64,000 bases of DNA from Sulfurospirillaceae bacterium (GTDB lineage Bacteria > Campylobacterota > Campylobacteria > Campylobacterales > Sulfurospirillaceae). Shown here in pieces: positions 54,249 through 64,000 of this stretch; position 1 is the first letter of the stretch, and each line of letters begins with the position of its first letter. The notes beneath the pieces are model-generated. The model saw only the letters and a list, made by a program, of their open reading frames with translations. It was not told the DNA's origin and did not search any database. The stretch lies in NCBI GenBank assembly GCA_033723415.1, contig JAWVXD010000005.1:128001-192000 (forward strand), in the 5' to 3' direction. A program made the translations under genes and the position numbers.

Positions 54249-55142
54249 CTAAAATCTACTTCGCTCTAAATCTTGTCCCATTATACCTGTCGGTTTAAAT
54301 AATAGAACTAAAATCAAGAAAACGAAAGCGAATGCGTCTTTATATCCGCCAAGTTCCGGCATGAATGCAACAACAACAATCTCGGTAAATCCTAGTATGA
54401 ATCCACCCAGTACTGCTCCTGTAACACTTCCGATACCACCAAGTACTGCAGCTGCGAAAGCTTTCAAACCAACGATCACACCCATCAACGGGTCAATCGA
54501 AGGATAACTTATGGCATAAAATACACCACCTATCGCAGCAAGGCCTGAACCCATAGCAAAAACAAGCATGATAATGATATCAGCATTGATACCCATGAGT
54601 TTTACAGTAGGAATATCAAATGCGAGAGATCTGATCGCCATACCGTATTTTGTTTTGCCGAGTATCCAAAGCATGATAAAGAGCAAAACCAATGTCACTA
54701 CCGGTATTATCAGCACTGTGATTGGAATAATAATACCGTCAAAATGCAAAATCTTAGTTAGATAATCCGGTGCGGAAAATGCTCTAGGTACGCCGCCGAA
54801 TAGAACATTAAAAAGATTTTCCAAGAAGAAACTAATACCGATTGCTGTAATAAGCAGTGATATTTTTGGGGCATCGCGCAGGGGTTTATAGGCGATTTTA
54901 TCTGTTAAAATACCTGTTACCATAGCAGCTATAATAGCTAATATAACAGCTAATTCAAAAGGAACGCCATGAGCTTGCGCAAAATATGCTACGAATGCGC
55001 CGACCATCATGATGTCTCCATGTGCAAAGTTGATGAGACGTAATACTCCATACACCAAAGTATAACCTATGGCGATCAAAGCATACATACTTCCCAAACT
55101 TATTCCATTTATCATCTGTTGTGAGAATGTTAATAAATCCAT
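54249..55142 (-). CDS. livH: Branched-chain amino acid ABC permease
   Basis: GYTLVYGVLRLINFAHG, KAFAAAVLGGIG. Confidence 0.95.
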   Translation of the reverse strand: MDLLTFSQQMINGISLGSMYALIAIGYTLVYGVLRLINFAHGDIMMVGAFVAYFAQAHGVPFELAVILAIIAAMVTGILTDKIAYKPLRDAPKISLLITAIGISFFLENLFNVLFGGVPRAFSAPDYLTKILHFDGIIIPITVLIIPVVTLVLLFIMLWILGKTKYGMAIRSLAFDIPTVKLMGINADIIIMLVFAMGSGLAAIGGVFYAISYPSIDPLMGVIVGLKAFAAAVLGGIGSVTGAVLGGFILGFTEIVVVAFMPELGGYKDAFAFVFLILVLLFKPTGIMGQDLERSRF

Positions 55143-55182
55143 TTTATAGTACCTTTAGTTATTTGTAGTTTTAGTAGAATGA

Positions 55183-55207
55183 GATAGAGGAAAAATTTTC
55201 CTCTATC
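55183..55207 (-). other. Intercistronic stem-loop after the binding-protein gene
   Basis: GATAGAGGAAAA / TTTTCCTCTATC; typical position for differential mRNA stabilisation in ABC operons. Confidence 0.6.
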
Positions 55208-55217
55208 CTGGAATTTT

Positions 55218-56330
55218 TTATGGATTTACTGTTGCCGCGTAAGCTAGTTTGCCATCTTTAACAACATTAACAACTGCAGATTTTACAGCGTCTCCGTGTT
55301 TGTTTATATTTATGATACCTGTAACACCTTGGAAGTTTTTAGTGTTTCTCAAGTTTTTATTTACACAAATTTTATTTGAAGGGTCTTTACATTTATTCAT
55401 AGCAGCCAAGATCATATTATATGCATCTGCAGCTAGAGCACCCATTGAGTCTGATGTTTTGTGATATTTTTTGTGGAATGCAGCAACATAAGCTTTTGCA
55501 ACTTTTGATGTAGCAGCTGCTTCATTATAGTGGTCACTGTATAAGAAACCTTCAGAAGCTTTTCCACCGATTTTAATAAGTTCAGGGAAACCAACGCCGT
55601 CACCACCGATAAATGGAGCTTTAACACCTACATCTCTTGCTTGTCTAACCATCAAAGCACCTTCTGGATAATATCCAGTAAAAGATACGATACTTGGATT
55701 TTTTGCTTTTATAGCTGAAACTTGTGCATTAAAATCTTTGTCGCCAGAGTTGATCAATGCTCTTCCTACTATTTTACCGCCACCAGCTACGTAAGCTTTT
55801 TTAAACGCTTTTGAAAGACCAACTGAGTAATCTTGCTTAGCATCTGTAACCATGAACGCTGTTTTATATCCATGCTGTAAAGCATATTTTGCTTCAACTG
55901 CACCTTGGAAAGGATCAATAAAACATGCACGAGTTACGAATTTTTTGCCCTTAGTAACTCTTGGATTAGTTGACGCATGTGTTATCATTGGAGTCTTTGA
56001 TTTTTCAGCTATTGGTGCCATAGCCATTGAGTTACTACTTGCAACCTCACCCAAAATCGCTGTAACTTTATTTTTATCTATAAGTCTTTTTGTAGCAGTT
56101 GCTGCTTCAACTTTATCGCCTCTGTCATCCAATAGAATAAGCTTAACAGTATCACCATTTTTTAATGTATGGTTTTCTGCATAAGCAATGTTTAGTCCGT
56201 CGCTACTTGTTTGACCGAAAGCCGCCAAAGGCCCTGTCATTGGAAGCACAACACCTATCTTCACTTCTTTAGCATATGACATGCTAGCAATAATTGCAAC
56301 ACTTGCTGCGATCATGGAAATCTTTTTCAT
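55218..56330 (-). CDS. livJ: Branched-chain amino acid ABC periplasmic binding protein (LivJ/LivK)
   Basis: Signal peptide, KIGVVLPMTG, RACFIDPFQG. Confidence 0.9.
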   Translation of the reverse strand: MKKISMIAASVAIIASMSYAKEVKIGVVLPMTGPLAAFGQTSSDGLNIAYAENHTLKNGDTVKLILLDDRGDKVEAATATKRLIDKNKVTAILGEVASSNSMAMAPIAEKSKTPMITHASTNPRVTKGKKFVTRACFIDPFQGAVEAKYALQHGYKTAFMVTDAKQDYSVGLSKAFKKAYVAGGGKIVGRALINSGDKDFNAQVSAIKAKNPSIVSFTGYYPEGALMVRQARDVGVKAPFIGGDGVGFPELIKIGGKASEGFLYSDHYNEAAATSKVAKAYVAAFHKKYHKTSDSMGALAADAYNMILAAMNKCKDPSNKICVNKNLRNTKNFQGVTGIININKHGDAVKSAVVNVVKDGKLAYAATVNP

Positions 56331-56543
56331 TTATTCTCCTTAAGTTTATAACGAAAGTAATTTTATCAGCTTTTTTTTCATAAAGCAAGAAAAAATGATT
56401 AAATTTTAAACAATTGTTAATAGAGTGTAAATATGTACAAAATGGTAACATATAAAGGTTTTATAATTATAAAAAATAATAATAAAAGATAAGATTTCTT
56501 GTAGTTTTGCAGTAAGTTAGAGCGTTTGCTTATTTTTGGGCAT

Positions 56544-56577
56544 AAAAAAAGCCGAGTCCACATAAGTGAACCCGGCT
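56544..56577 (-). terminator. Intrinsic terminator of the porin gene
   Basis: Minus strand AGCCGGGTTCAC...GTGGACTCGGC followed by T7. Confidence 0.85.
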
Positions 56578-56602
56578 GCTTGTTATTAGATTTAAACTAA
56601 TA

Positions 56603-57889
56603 CTAGAAAGAGTAAATAGCTTTGAATCTAAATCTTTTGTCATCAGATATATTATTAAGCTTAGCATTTCTTACTTCGTACTGAGCTGTCATACCAAGAC
56701 CTTTAAGTGTACCTTCGAATTTGTAACCAGCACCTAGACCATAACCTGTATAGTCACTATTCAAGCTAACACTATATGTAACTGGTGTAGTTGATAGAGC
56801 TTTAATTGATTGTGCATCTGCATTTGGCATATCTGCATTTACATAGTAACCATATACATGTGAATCTTTGTTGATTTTATAACCAACTTGTAATTTATAA
56901 GTTTTTTGTCCAGCAGCATAGTCATCACCTGTATTTATGTCACCAGCTGTGAAGATATTATCTGCACCATAACCTAAACCTGGAACTGCATTAGCATCGC
57001 TTTTGATTTTAGAGTAAGCAGCAGAAAAACTTACAGGACCTACGCCGATATCAGCCATCAAACCATAGTATCCACTGTTTTTAGAAGAAACTTTTGTATC
57101 ATAATCTGTAACGTTGAATTGTCCAGAAAGACCATAGCTAAAGCTGTCAGTTTTGCTAGCATAGTCAGCTTGTACATAGTACAAGTTTGCTACGTCTACT
57201 GCATCACCCCATTGAGCTTGAAGTTTCAAACCTGGAATTGATGTATTTACTGCATATAAAGTGTAAGCACCTTTTTGTAGATTACCTGCATATGCAAAGT
57301 CATGTGTAAATGTACCTATAGCACTATCAGTACCGCCAGTCGTTCTGCCTTGGAATAGGTAAACATAACCAGCTACCAATGTTGTATTTGGAAGACCTGT
57401 ATAACCTAGTAAGTAACCTTCAAAAGATTGCTTTGTCATTCTTGAGCCAGAACCAGCAACAAGTGGAGTGCTGATGTATTGGCGACCAGCTTTTACAAAG
57501 AAACCAGAGTTTACATATTGTAAGTAAGCTTCAGAGAAAACTTCACCAGAACCATACATATCACCACTGTACATTGCTTTTGCAGCATCGTTAGCAAATG
57601 GTGAGTGAGTACTTTGAACTGTTGCACCTGCGCTAAAACCATTGAATGTTGCAGTTTTATATGTTAGGTCAAGACCAAAGTCTAAGATATTTGCACTTGT
57701 GCTACTGTTAACGATTGTAGTACCGTCTGTTGATTTTGCTGTAGGCTTATTTCTGTTGAAATAATACGCAGACAATGTACCGTGGATAGTACCTTCTTTG
57801 AACATACCAGCAAGTGAATCAGCAGCGAATGCGCTAGCAGAAAGACTTGCAACTGTGATAGCTGCCAAGCTAAGTTTAGCTAATTTCAT
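56603..57889 (-). CDS. OprD-like outer membrane porin
   Basis: Signal peptide MKLAKLSLAA, KAGRQYISTPL, alternating beta strands, C-terminal YSF; start trimmed to ATG 57889. Confidence 0.85.
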   Translation of the reverse strand: MKLAKLSLAAITVASLSASAFAADSLAGMFKEGTIHGTLSAYYFNRNKPTAKSTDGTTIVNSSTSANILDFGLDLTYKTATFNGFSAGATVQSTHSPFANDAAKAMYSGDMYGSGEVFSEAYLQYVNSGFFVKAGRQYISTPLVAGSGSRMTKQSFEGYLLGYTGLPNTTLVAGYVYLFQGRTTGGTDSAIGTFTHDFAYAGNLQKGAYTLYAVNTSIPGLKLQAQWGDAVDVANLYYVQADYASKTDSFSYGLSGQFNVTDYDTKVSSKNSGYYGLMADIGVGPVSFSAAYSKIKSDANAVPGLGYGADNIFTAGDINTGDDYAAGQKTYKLQVGYKINKDSHVYGYYVNADMPNADAQSIKALSTTPVTYSVSLNSDYTGYGLGAGYKFEGTLKGLGMTAQYEVRNAKLNNISDDKRFRFKAIYSF

Positions 57890-58134
57890 ATAATCTCCTT
57901 GAAAAAATTTTAATAACGCAGTCATTGTAGCAAAAAAATATATAAACTTCAAGATAAAAGTGATTAAAATAATAGATAATTTTAATTTTGTTACTATTTT
58001 GTTATCTTCTTGTGTCCTCTAACTGAGTTTGGTGCATTTTTTGAGACTTTTGAAAATAAGGAGTAAAAATAGGTTACCTTTGATAATCAAAAAGCAACCT
58101 ATATTATAATGAAAGGAATCTATTTTAGATATTT

Positions 58135-59418
58135 TTAATAGCCATACATTAAGTTTGGCAACCATAGAGAAATGATCGGTATATATGTGATCAACAGTAA
58201 TCCTACTAAGATAGTAAGTGCCCATGGCAATGAAGCAACTACTACATCTTTTAGGCTTAATCCGGTAATACCGCTGGCAACGAATAAATTCAGTCCTACA
58301 GGCGGTGTGATCATACCTATCTCCATATTTATAACCATTATAACACCCAAGTGAATCGGATCGATCCCCAGTGTCTTTGCGATAGGAAGTAAAAGCGGAA
58401 CAGTGATCATAACAACCGAACTAGGTTCCATAAACTGGCCCATTAAAAATAGTAATATATTTACAATGACCAAGAACATGACCGGTCCGACATGTGCCTC
58501 AACTATCATTTGTGTTATATGCTGAGGAATACTCTCTAATGTCAAAAAATGTGAGAATATCATCGCATTTGCGATTATGAAGAATATCATCGAACTTGTC
58601 ATAGCAGAATCAAGTATAATCCTATATAAATCTTTGAATTTCAAATCTTTATACACAAAGTATGATACAAAAAATGCATAAAAAGCACTTACTGCACCTG
58701 CTTCTGTTGGAGTAAACAAGCCTCCGTAAATTCCCCCGATAACTATTATTATAAGCATTAGTGCCCAAAATGCTCTTTTAAAAGCTTTCATTCTGACACT
58801 AAATGGAGCCATTTTTTCTTTTTTAAATCCTAGTCTAACGGCACCTATATATGTTACAAGCATCAACATGAACCCTATAAGTAAACCCGGTACAACACCT
58901 GCCATAAACAATTTACCGATAGATTGATCTGCAGTAACACCGTAAACGATAAAAACGATAGAAGGCGGTATCAAAATACCTAGACTTCCAGCAGTTGCTA
59001 TCGTTCCGATAGCATATTTGGTTGGATATCCTGCTTCTTTTATTGCACCGTACATAACAGACCCAATAGCCACAACAGTAGCCGGCGAGCTTCCTGAAAC
59101 CGCAGCAAATATTACACTTGCAAAAATCGCAGCTATAGGCAATCCGCCAGGAAGGTGTCCTACTATAGATTTAGCAAATTCTATAATTCTAGATGATGCA
59201 CTTCCTTTGGACAAAAAGGAACCTGCCAGGATAAACATAGGAATGGCCATAAGTGTGTACTGATCCAAGCCGTTAAAAACACTATCAGGTATTCCCATAA
59301 GATCCATATTTGTAAACATAAGTGCAGTTACCATCGTACTCGCACCGAGACTTACAGCAACAGGCACACCGATCAACATCAAAGCAAAAAGGAGTATAAA
59401 AAGAGTTGCTATCATCAT
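58135..59418 (-). CDS. dctM: TRAP transporter large permease
   Basis: AIPMFILAG, SGSSPAT, LIPPS, TPTEA, ITPPVG. Confidence 0.96.
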   Translation of the reverse strand: MMIATLFILLFALMLIGVPVAVSLGASTMVTALMFTNMDLMGIPDSVFNGLDQYTLMAIPMFILAGSFLSKGSASSRIIEFAKSIVGHLPGGLPIAAIFASVIFAAVSGSSPATVVAIGSVMYGAIKEAGYPTKYAIGTIATAGSLGILIPPSIVFIVYGVTADQSIGKLFMAGVVPGLLIGFMLMLVTYIGAVRLGFKKEKMAPFSVRMKAFKRAFWALMLIIIVIGGIYGGLFTPTEAGAVSAFYAFFVSYFVYKDLKFKDLYRIILDSAMTSSMIFFIIANAMIFSHFLTLESIPQHITQMIVEAHVGPVMFLVIVNILLFLMGQFMEPSSVVMITVPLLLPIAKTLGIDPIHLGVIMVINMEIGMITPPVGLNLFVASGITGLSLKDVVVASLPWALTILVGLLLITYIPIISLWLPNLMYGY

Positions 59419-59993
59419 AATGGCTCTCCTCCTTCTACATCTACATCTACGCCTGATCTTTCACTTGTGTCATGGATCATCTCTAATTCAGTATTTATAA
59501 GAACTTTATCAGCATCTTCTTTGATTACTTCATATACTTTTTCACCTGCTCTATAAGCAGCTCCGGCAAAAGCAAGAGGAAGCACAAGTTCTGGAATCCA
59601 CATCGGAATATTTAAGTCCACGCTCATCTCTTGCATATCATGTAAGATCATGACGGATTGATAACCAAGATAGGCCATAACTGCAAGATATATAAAAGAG
59701 AGTGTGTGAGCAAATATCATAAGTGCTTTTGCCAACGATGCCGGCAATTTTGCCAATAAGATTGTGACTTGAATATGAATTCCTCTTTTAAAACCGTAGG
59801 CGGCACCAAAAAGTGCCCCCCACATAAACATATAATTTGTAAGCTCCCCAGCCCATGTTAAGCTCTCATCAAAAGCATACCTCAGAACAACATTGACAAA
59901 AGCAAGCGTTACACCAAAGAACATGCCCGCAACTGCTAAATTTCTGTTGAGAGTGGCAACTCCGACATCGAGCGCAGAAAAAAACTTTTCCAT
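59415..59993 (-). CDS. dctQ: TRAP transporter small permease
   Basis: NVVLRY...WAGELTNY, HIQV; four TMs. Confidence 0.93.
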   Translation of the reverse strand: MEKFFSALDVGVATLNRNLAVAGMFFGVTLAFVNVVLRYAFDESLTWAGELTNYMFMWGALFGAAYGFKRGIHIQVTILLAKLPASLAKALMIFAHTLSFIYLAVMAYLGYQSVMILHDMQEMSVDLNIPMWIPELVLPLAFAGAAYRAGEKVYEVIKEDADKVLINTELEMIHDTSERSGVDVDVEGGEPL

Positions 59994-60019
59994 AACTACC
60001 CCTATCTTTTATATTTATA

Positions 60020-61012
60020 CTACTTTTGTTCTGCTTGCGCTTCTTGGATCAAATCTTTTCCGATTGTGCCGTAGAATTTTGGATATATCGCTTCCATAGC
60101 TTTGTGCCATGCTGCATTTTGAGCTGCTGTCAAAGTGTATATTTTAAGCTTTCCGCTTTTCTTTGCATAACCTTTTAGTTTAGTCAAGAAAGAATTTTCA
60201 AGTTCTTTGGCTTCTTTTCTTTCGTAAATAGTTGCTTCATTCATAGCTTGAATGATTTTAGGCTTTAAATTCGCCGGTAATTTATTCCAAAATTTCTTAC
60301 TCATAACAACAAGATAACCAAGATAGCCGTGTTCAGTCAAAGTAAGAGAAGTTTGAACTTCATAGAATTTTTTAGTCCAAAAGTTTGAGAGAGGATTTTC
60401 AGCCGCGTCAACAACACCTTGTTGAAGTGCAGAATAAACTTCAGAGAAAGGAAGAACCTGCGGATTTCCGCCGATTGCTTTCATTTGTGCTTCAAGAACT
60501 TTAGAACTCATGATTCTGAATTTTTGTCCATCAGCATCTTTTGGCCAAAGGATAGGTTTTTTGTTTGAAGACATATCTTTAAAACCGTTATCCCAATAGT
60601 TTAAAGCAACAAAACCTTTTGCAGTAACCAAATCTTTCAATTTTTGACCAACTTTTCCATCCATGACATCATGAACACCTTTAGCACCTTTAAATAGGAA
60701 TGGAAGGTCAAAAAGCTGAAGTTGTGGAACTAATGCAGTAAATTTAGAAAAGCTAGGACAAGCCATTTGAACATTTCCTATTTTTAGTGCTTTCATAACA
60801 GCTTTATCTGTATATAGCTGAGAATTTGGGAAAACTATAACCTCAACTTTTCCATTTGTCAACTCTTTTACTCTCTTAGCAAAAAAGTCGGCAGCCTTAC
60901 CCTTTGGTGTGTTTGGACTTACAACATGCGAGAATTTGATAGTGTAATCCGCCGCAAAAGTCGAAGAAACTAAAAGTGCTGCTACTGCAGCAATTTTAAC
61001 AAATTTTGTCAT
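60020..61012 (-). CDS. dctP: TRAP solute-binding protein (C4-dicarboxylate DctP type)
   Basis: KFSHVV, FDLPFLF, WDNGFK, EVYSALQQGVVDAAENP; start trimmed to ATG 61012. Confidence 0.95.
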   Translation of the reverse strand: MTKFVKIAAVAALLVSSTFAADYTIKFSHVVSPNTPKGKAADFFAKRVKELTNGKVEVIVFPNSQLYTDKAVMKALKIGNVQMACPSFSKFTALVPQLQLFDLPFLFKGAKGVHDVMDGKVGQKLKDLVTAKGFVALNYWDNGFKDMSSNKKPILWPKDADGQKFRIMSSKVLEAQMKAIGGNPQVLPFSEVYSALQQGVVDAAENPLSNFWTKKFYEVQTSLTLTEHGYLGYLVVMSKKFWNKLPANLKPKIIQAMNEATIYERKEAKELENSFLTKLKGYAKKSGKLKIYTLTAAQNAAWHKAMEAIYPKFYGTIGKDLIQEAQAEQK

Positions 61013-61162
61013 AACAATCTCCTTAAAAATTTTTATATCAAGTCGATTATAATAAAAAGATGTGTCTATATTATGTAGCAATAAAGAAAATGAGAATTAA
61101 AAGAGATTTTGTCAAAATTATATTACGAAAGGTAACAAAATGAAAAATTTGCAAAAATCTTG

Positions 61163-61837
61163 TTACAACTTGTAACCAATACTTTGAACATTCCTTAAAC
61201 TACCCACAGGTAGCTTCTTTCTTAAGTTTTTCATCATCAAGCGAAGTGCATTTAAGCTCATATATTCATCTTCCCAAAGTTCTCGCTCTATCTCTTCATA
61301 TGTAATAACGCTGCCTCTTTCTAATAAAAGTTCTAAAAACCTTACTTCCTTTTTGGTAAGTTCAAATACGTCACTGTCATGTATAATTTGTTTTTTGTTC
61401 ATATCATAAAACCATCCGTCCTTAAACTCTACTATTCCATTATTATTTCTTGATTCCAAAAATTTATCAAGAGCATCAAGTAGTTTAGTTTCCGTAATAG
61501 GTTTTACAATATATCTGACCAATGAGAGTTCAACAGCTTCTAGCATATAATCAACTTCAGTATGTGCAGAGATGATCAATATTTGAGCTTTCGCATCCTG
61601 TTTTCTTATCTTTTTCGTAAGTTCTATACCGTCCAATAAAGGCATCTTGATGTCTGTTATAATTAGATCCGGATGTTTGTCTAAGAAAAGTTCGTATGCT
61701 TCCATACCGTCTTTTGCAAGATATACGTCTTTAAAAAAGAGAGAGAGCATCTCAGATACGTTTTGCCTGACCCCTGCTTCATCTTCTGCATATAACACTG
61801 AAAGTTTAGAAAGACTTTTGAGCATTTTCTCATCCAT
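61163..61837 (-). CDS. OmpR-family response regulator
   Basis: AEDE, TDIKMP receiver; winged helix LTKKE...GYKL. Confidence 0.93.
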   Translation of the reverse strand: MDEKMLKSLSKLSVLYAEDEAGVRQNVSEMLSLFFKDVYLAKDGMEAYELFLDKHPDLIITDIKMPLLDGIELTKKIRKQDAKAQILIISAHTEVDYMLEAVELSLVRYIVKPITETKLLDALDKFLESRNNNGIVEFKDGWFYDMNKKQIIHDSDVFELTKKEVRFLELLLERGSVITYEEIERELWEDEYMSLNALRLMMKNLRKKLPVGSLRNVQSIGYKL

Positions 61838-61920
61838 AATATAACCCTTTTTACATTTTGCAGCTTACGAAAATTAAGCATAAAATTTGTGTTATGATAA
61901 TATAATTTAGCTTAATTTTA

Positions 61921-63522
61921 TTGATATCAGATCAAATACTTTGCAACAAATATGGATATGTTTTGAAAATACTAAAAGAAGACAATATTTCAACTGTCAT
62001 AATTTTGAGCTCTATGTTTATCATAAGTTCACTCGTCATCTTTATCAGTTATCTTTTTATATCCAAGCAATACGACATCTTAGATCGAGAGATACGAGAT
62101 ACAAAGCAGACATTTGTAAACTCAAAGAAAAAAGAGGTACAAAGAGAAGTTGATTCTGTTATTGAATATATAAGATATAAAAAGTCCCTCAAAACTCTTA
62201 GTGAAAACGAAATCAAACAAGATGTAATCCACTTCATAGAACATATCAAATTTGGAGAAGCAAAAAGCAATTACCTCTTTGTTTATAAAATACTTAATTA
62301 TAATGGAGGTGACAAATTTGCAAAATTACTTGTAAATCCAAACCGAAAAGATTTAATAGGAAAATTTATTTCCGATAACTATAAAGATGAAAATGGGAAA
62401 GCTTTTAGGAAAATCTTCTTAAACGACATAAAAAAACAAGGATACTCATTTGTACAGTACTTGTATAAAAAGCCTGATAGCAGTGAGATCAGACCCAAAG
62501 TTTCATATTTTAAACTTTATAAAGATTGGGATTGGGTTATAGCAGCAGGAACATATCTTGATAACATAAATACAAGAATCACACAAAAGAAAAATGAACT
62601 AAGACGCAAGATGAGCCTTGACATAACTTCATCTATAGCAATATTTTTACTTTTTTCTCTGATTGCAAACATATTTGCGATTATTCTAGGAAAACAGATA
62701 GATAAATTTTTCAAACAATATAATCAAGAGATCAAAGATAAAACAGTAGAATTGGAAAACTTAAACAAAACCCTAGAATTAAGGGTCATAGAAGAGGTAA
62801 CAAAAAGAGGTGAGCAGGAAAGACTACTGATAGAGAAGTCAAAATTCATTGCTCTTGGTGAGATGATAAGCAACATCGCTCATCAATGGAGACAACCTCT
62901 ATCAGAACTTTCAGCAATCATTATGAACTTAAAATTCAGATATATGATGGGAAAACTTGATAAAAATATAATGATCGAAAAAAGTAAAGATGCTGAACTT
63001 CTTCTTGAATATATGTCACACACAATTGATGACTTTAGAGATTTTTTTAGTCCACAAAAAGATAAAAAAATCTTTAATATAAAAGATTCAATTGAGAGTG
63101 TTATGAAAATAATCGGTAAAACTATACAAAATAAAAACATTGACATAAATATTGATATTAAAGATAACCCTAGTATATTTGGCTACCAAAACGAGTTTGA
63201 ACAAGTACTTCTCAATATACTTTCCAATGCTAAAGATGCCCTGATAGAAAGCAAAAATATAAATAAAGAGATCAATATAACAGTAAGAAAAGAAAATAAT
63301 CAAGCCAAAATAGACATAGATGACAACGGGTCAGGAATAAAGATCCAGCCTATAGAGAAGATATTTGAACCTTATATAAGTACAAAATGGGATGTAAACG
63401 GTACAGGTATAGGGCTTTATATGTCAAAAATAATAATTGAAAAGAATATGCTTGGAGAACTCATTGCTCAAAATCTTGAGATTGGAGCTAGGATCACAAT
63501 CATAATACCTATTGATATCTAG
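61921..63522 (+). CDS. Sensor histidine kinase with periplasmic Cache domain (start uncertain)
   Basis: Two TMs, Cache motif KVSYFKLYKDWDWVIAAGTY, H-box AHQWRQPL, DNGSG, GTGIGL. Confidence 0.92.
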   Translation: MISDQILCNKYGYVLKILKEDNISTVIILSSMFIISSLVIFISYLFISKQYDILDREIRDTKQTFVNSKKKEVQREVDSVIEYIRYKKSLKTLSENEIKQDVIHFIEHIKFGEAKSNYLFVYKILNYNGGDKFAKLLVNPNRKDLIGKFISDNYKDENGKAFRKIFLNDIKKQGYSFVQYLYKKPDSSEIRPKVSYFKLYKDWDWVIAAGTYLDNINTRITQKKNELRRKMSLDITSSIAIFLLFSLIANIFAIILGKQIDKFFKQYNQEIKDKTVELENLNKTLELRVIEEVTKRGEQERLLIEKSKFIALGEMISNIAHQWRQPLSELSAIIMNLKFRYMMGKLDKNIMIEKSKDAELLLEYMSHTIDDFRDFFSPQKDKKIFNIKDSIESVMKIIGKTIQNKNIDINIDIKDNPSIFGYQNEFEQVLLNILSNAKDALIESKNINKEINITVRKENNQAKIDIDDNGSGIKIQPIEKIFEPYISTKWDVNGTGIGLYMSKIIIEKNMLGELIAQNLEIGARITIIIPIDI

Positions 63523-64000
63523 CTTTTTCTACCTCGTCTATCAGGTCAAGACCTATTTTAGGATAAAATTTTGGATATATGATGCTTATATCTCTTTTCC
63601 AGACATTTCGCTCATTTTGACTTAACTTTAAAATGTGAAAATTCGGATGAGCTTTTGCGTAATCTTCAAGTTTTGCAAGGTATGAACTTTCCATATCTTT
63701 TGCCAATTTCCTCTCATATTTTGTTGCCATATCACTTGCTTGCATCACATCTTTTTGTAAATTTTTAGGTAATTTATCCCAAAAACTTTTGTTCATGAGT
63801 AAGATATATCCCAAATAACCGTGAGAGCTTAAAACCAGACTATCTTGCACTTCATAAAATTTTTTACTATAAAAATTTGAAAGAGGATTTTCTGCTGCAT
63901 CAACTTGCTTAGATTTAAGCGCATCATAAACTTTAGAAAAAGGAAGTACTTGTGCTGTTGCTCCTATAGAGACGAATTGTTCTTTTAAAACTGCCGAATT
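63509..64000 (-). CDS. Second DctP-type binding protein (3' part; start beyond window)
   Basis: VQDSLVLSSHGYLGY and IYPKFY parallel dctP; frame continues upstream with ENPLSNFY. Confidence 0.85.
   Translation of the reverse strand, partial: NSAVLKEQFVSIGATAQVLPFSKVYDALKSKQVDAAENPLSNFYSKKFYEVQDSLVLSSHGYLGYILLMNKSFWDKLPKNLQKDVMQASDMATKYERKLAKDMESSYLAKLEDYAKAHPNFHILKLSQNERNVWKRDISIIYPKFYPKIGLDLIDEVEKARYQ

Overview
Low-GC bacterial chromosome segment. Gene content and order point to Campylobacterota (Epsilonproteobacteria); a free-living Sulfurospirillum-like organism is my best guess, inferred from synteny and not verified. 1-12.7 kb is a core minus-strand run: rplU-rpmA-obgE-proB-fmt-birA-parA-parB-atpF'FHAGDC-exbB-exbD. 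12.9-29 kb is a more accessory block. It holds two short secreted proteins built on a duplicated promoter/signal/tail cassette, an AMMECR1/AmrA protein divergent from a nucleoside-phosphorylase-like + spore-photoproduct-lyase-like radical SAM + SDR set, TerB-like and DjlA-like proteins, an M23 peptidase, pyk, a TetR-MFP-RND efflux unit and ATP citrate lyase aclBA. 29-48 kb is core again (mqo, ridA, dapE, mutS2, murC, dapC, ThiF/MoeB, nitrilase, xseB, metX, guaB, gatA, ileS, cinA), followed by four tRNAs (Lys, Glu, Val, Asp). 48-64 kb holds a CcsBA-type cytochrome c synthase, a LIV ABC transporter, an OprD-like porin, TRAP dctPQM and a Cache-kinase/OmpR-type pair beside a second DctP. I saw no CRISPR array, rRNA, transposase or phage gene. 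The best leads are the radical SAM/phosphorylase/SDR/AmrA cluster, the duplicated secreted-protein cassette, and a ~60 nt covarying structured element present twice in the parAB-atp operon.
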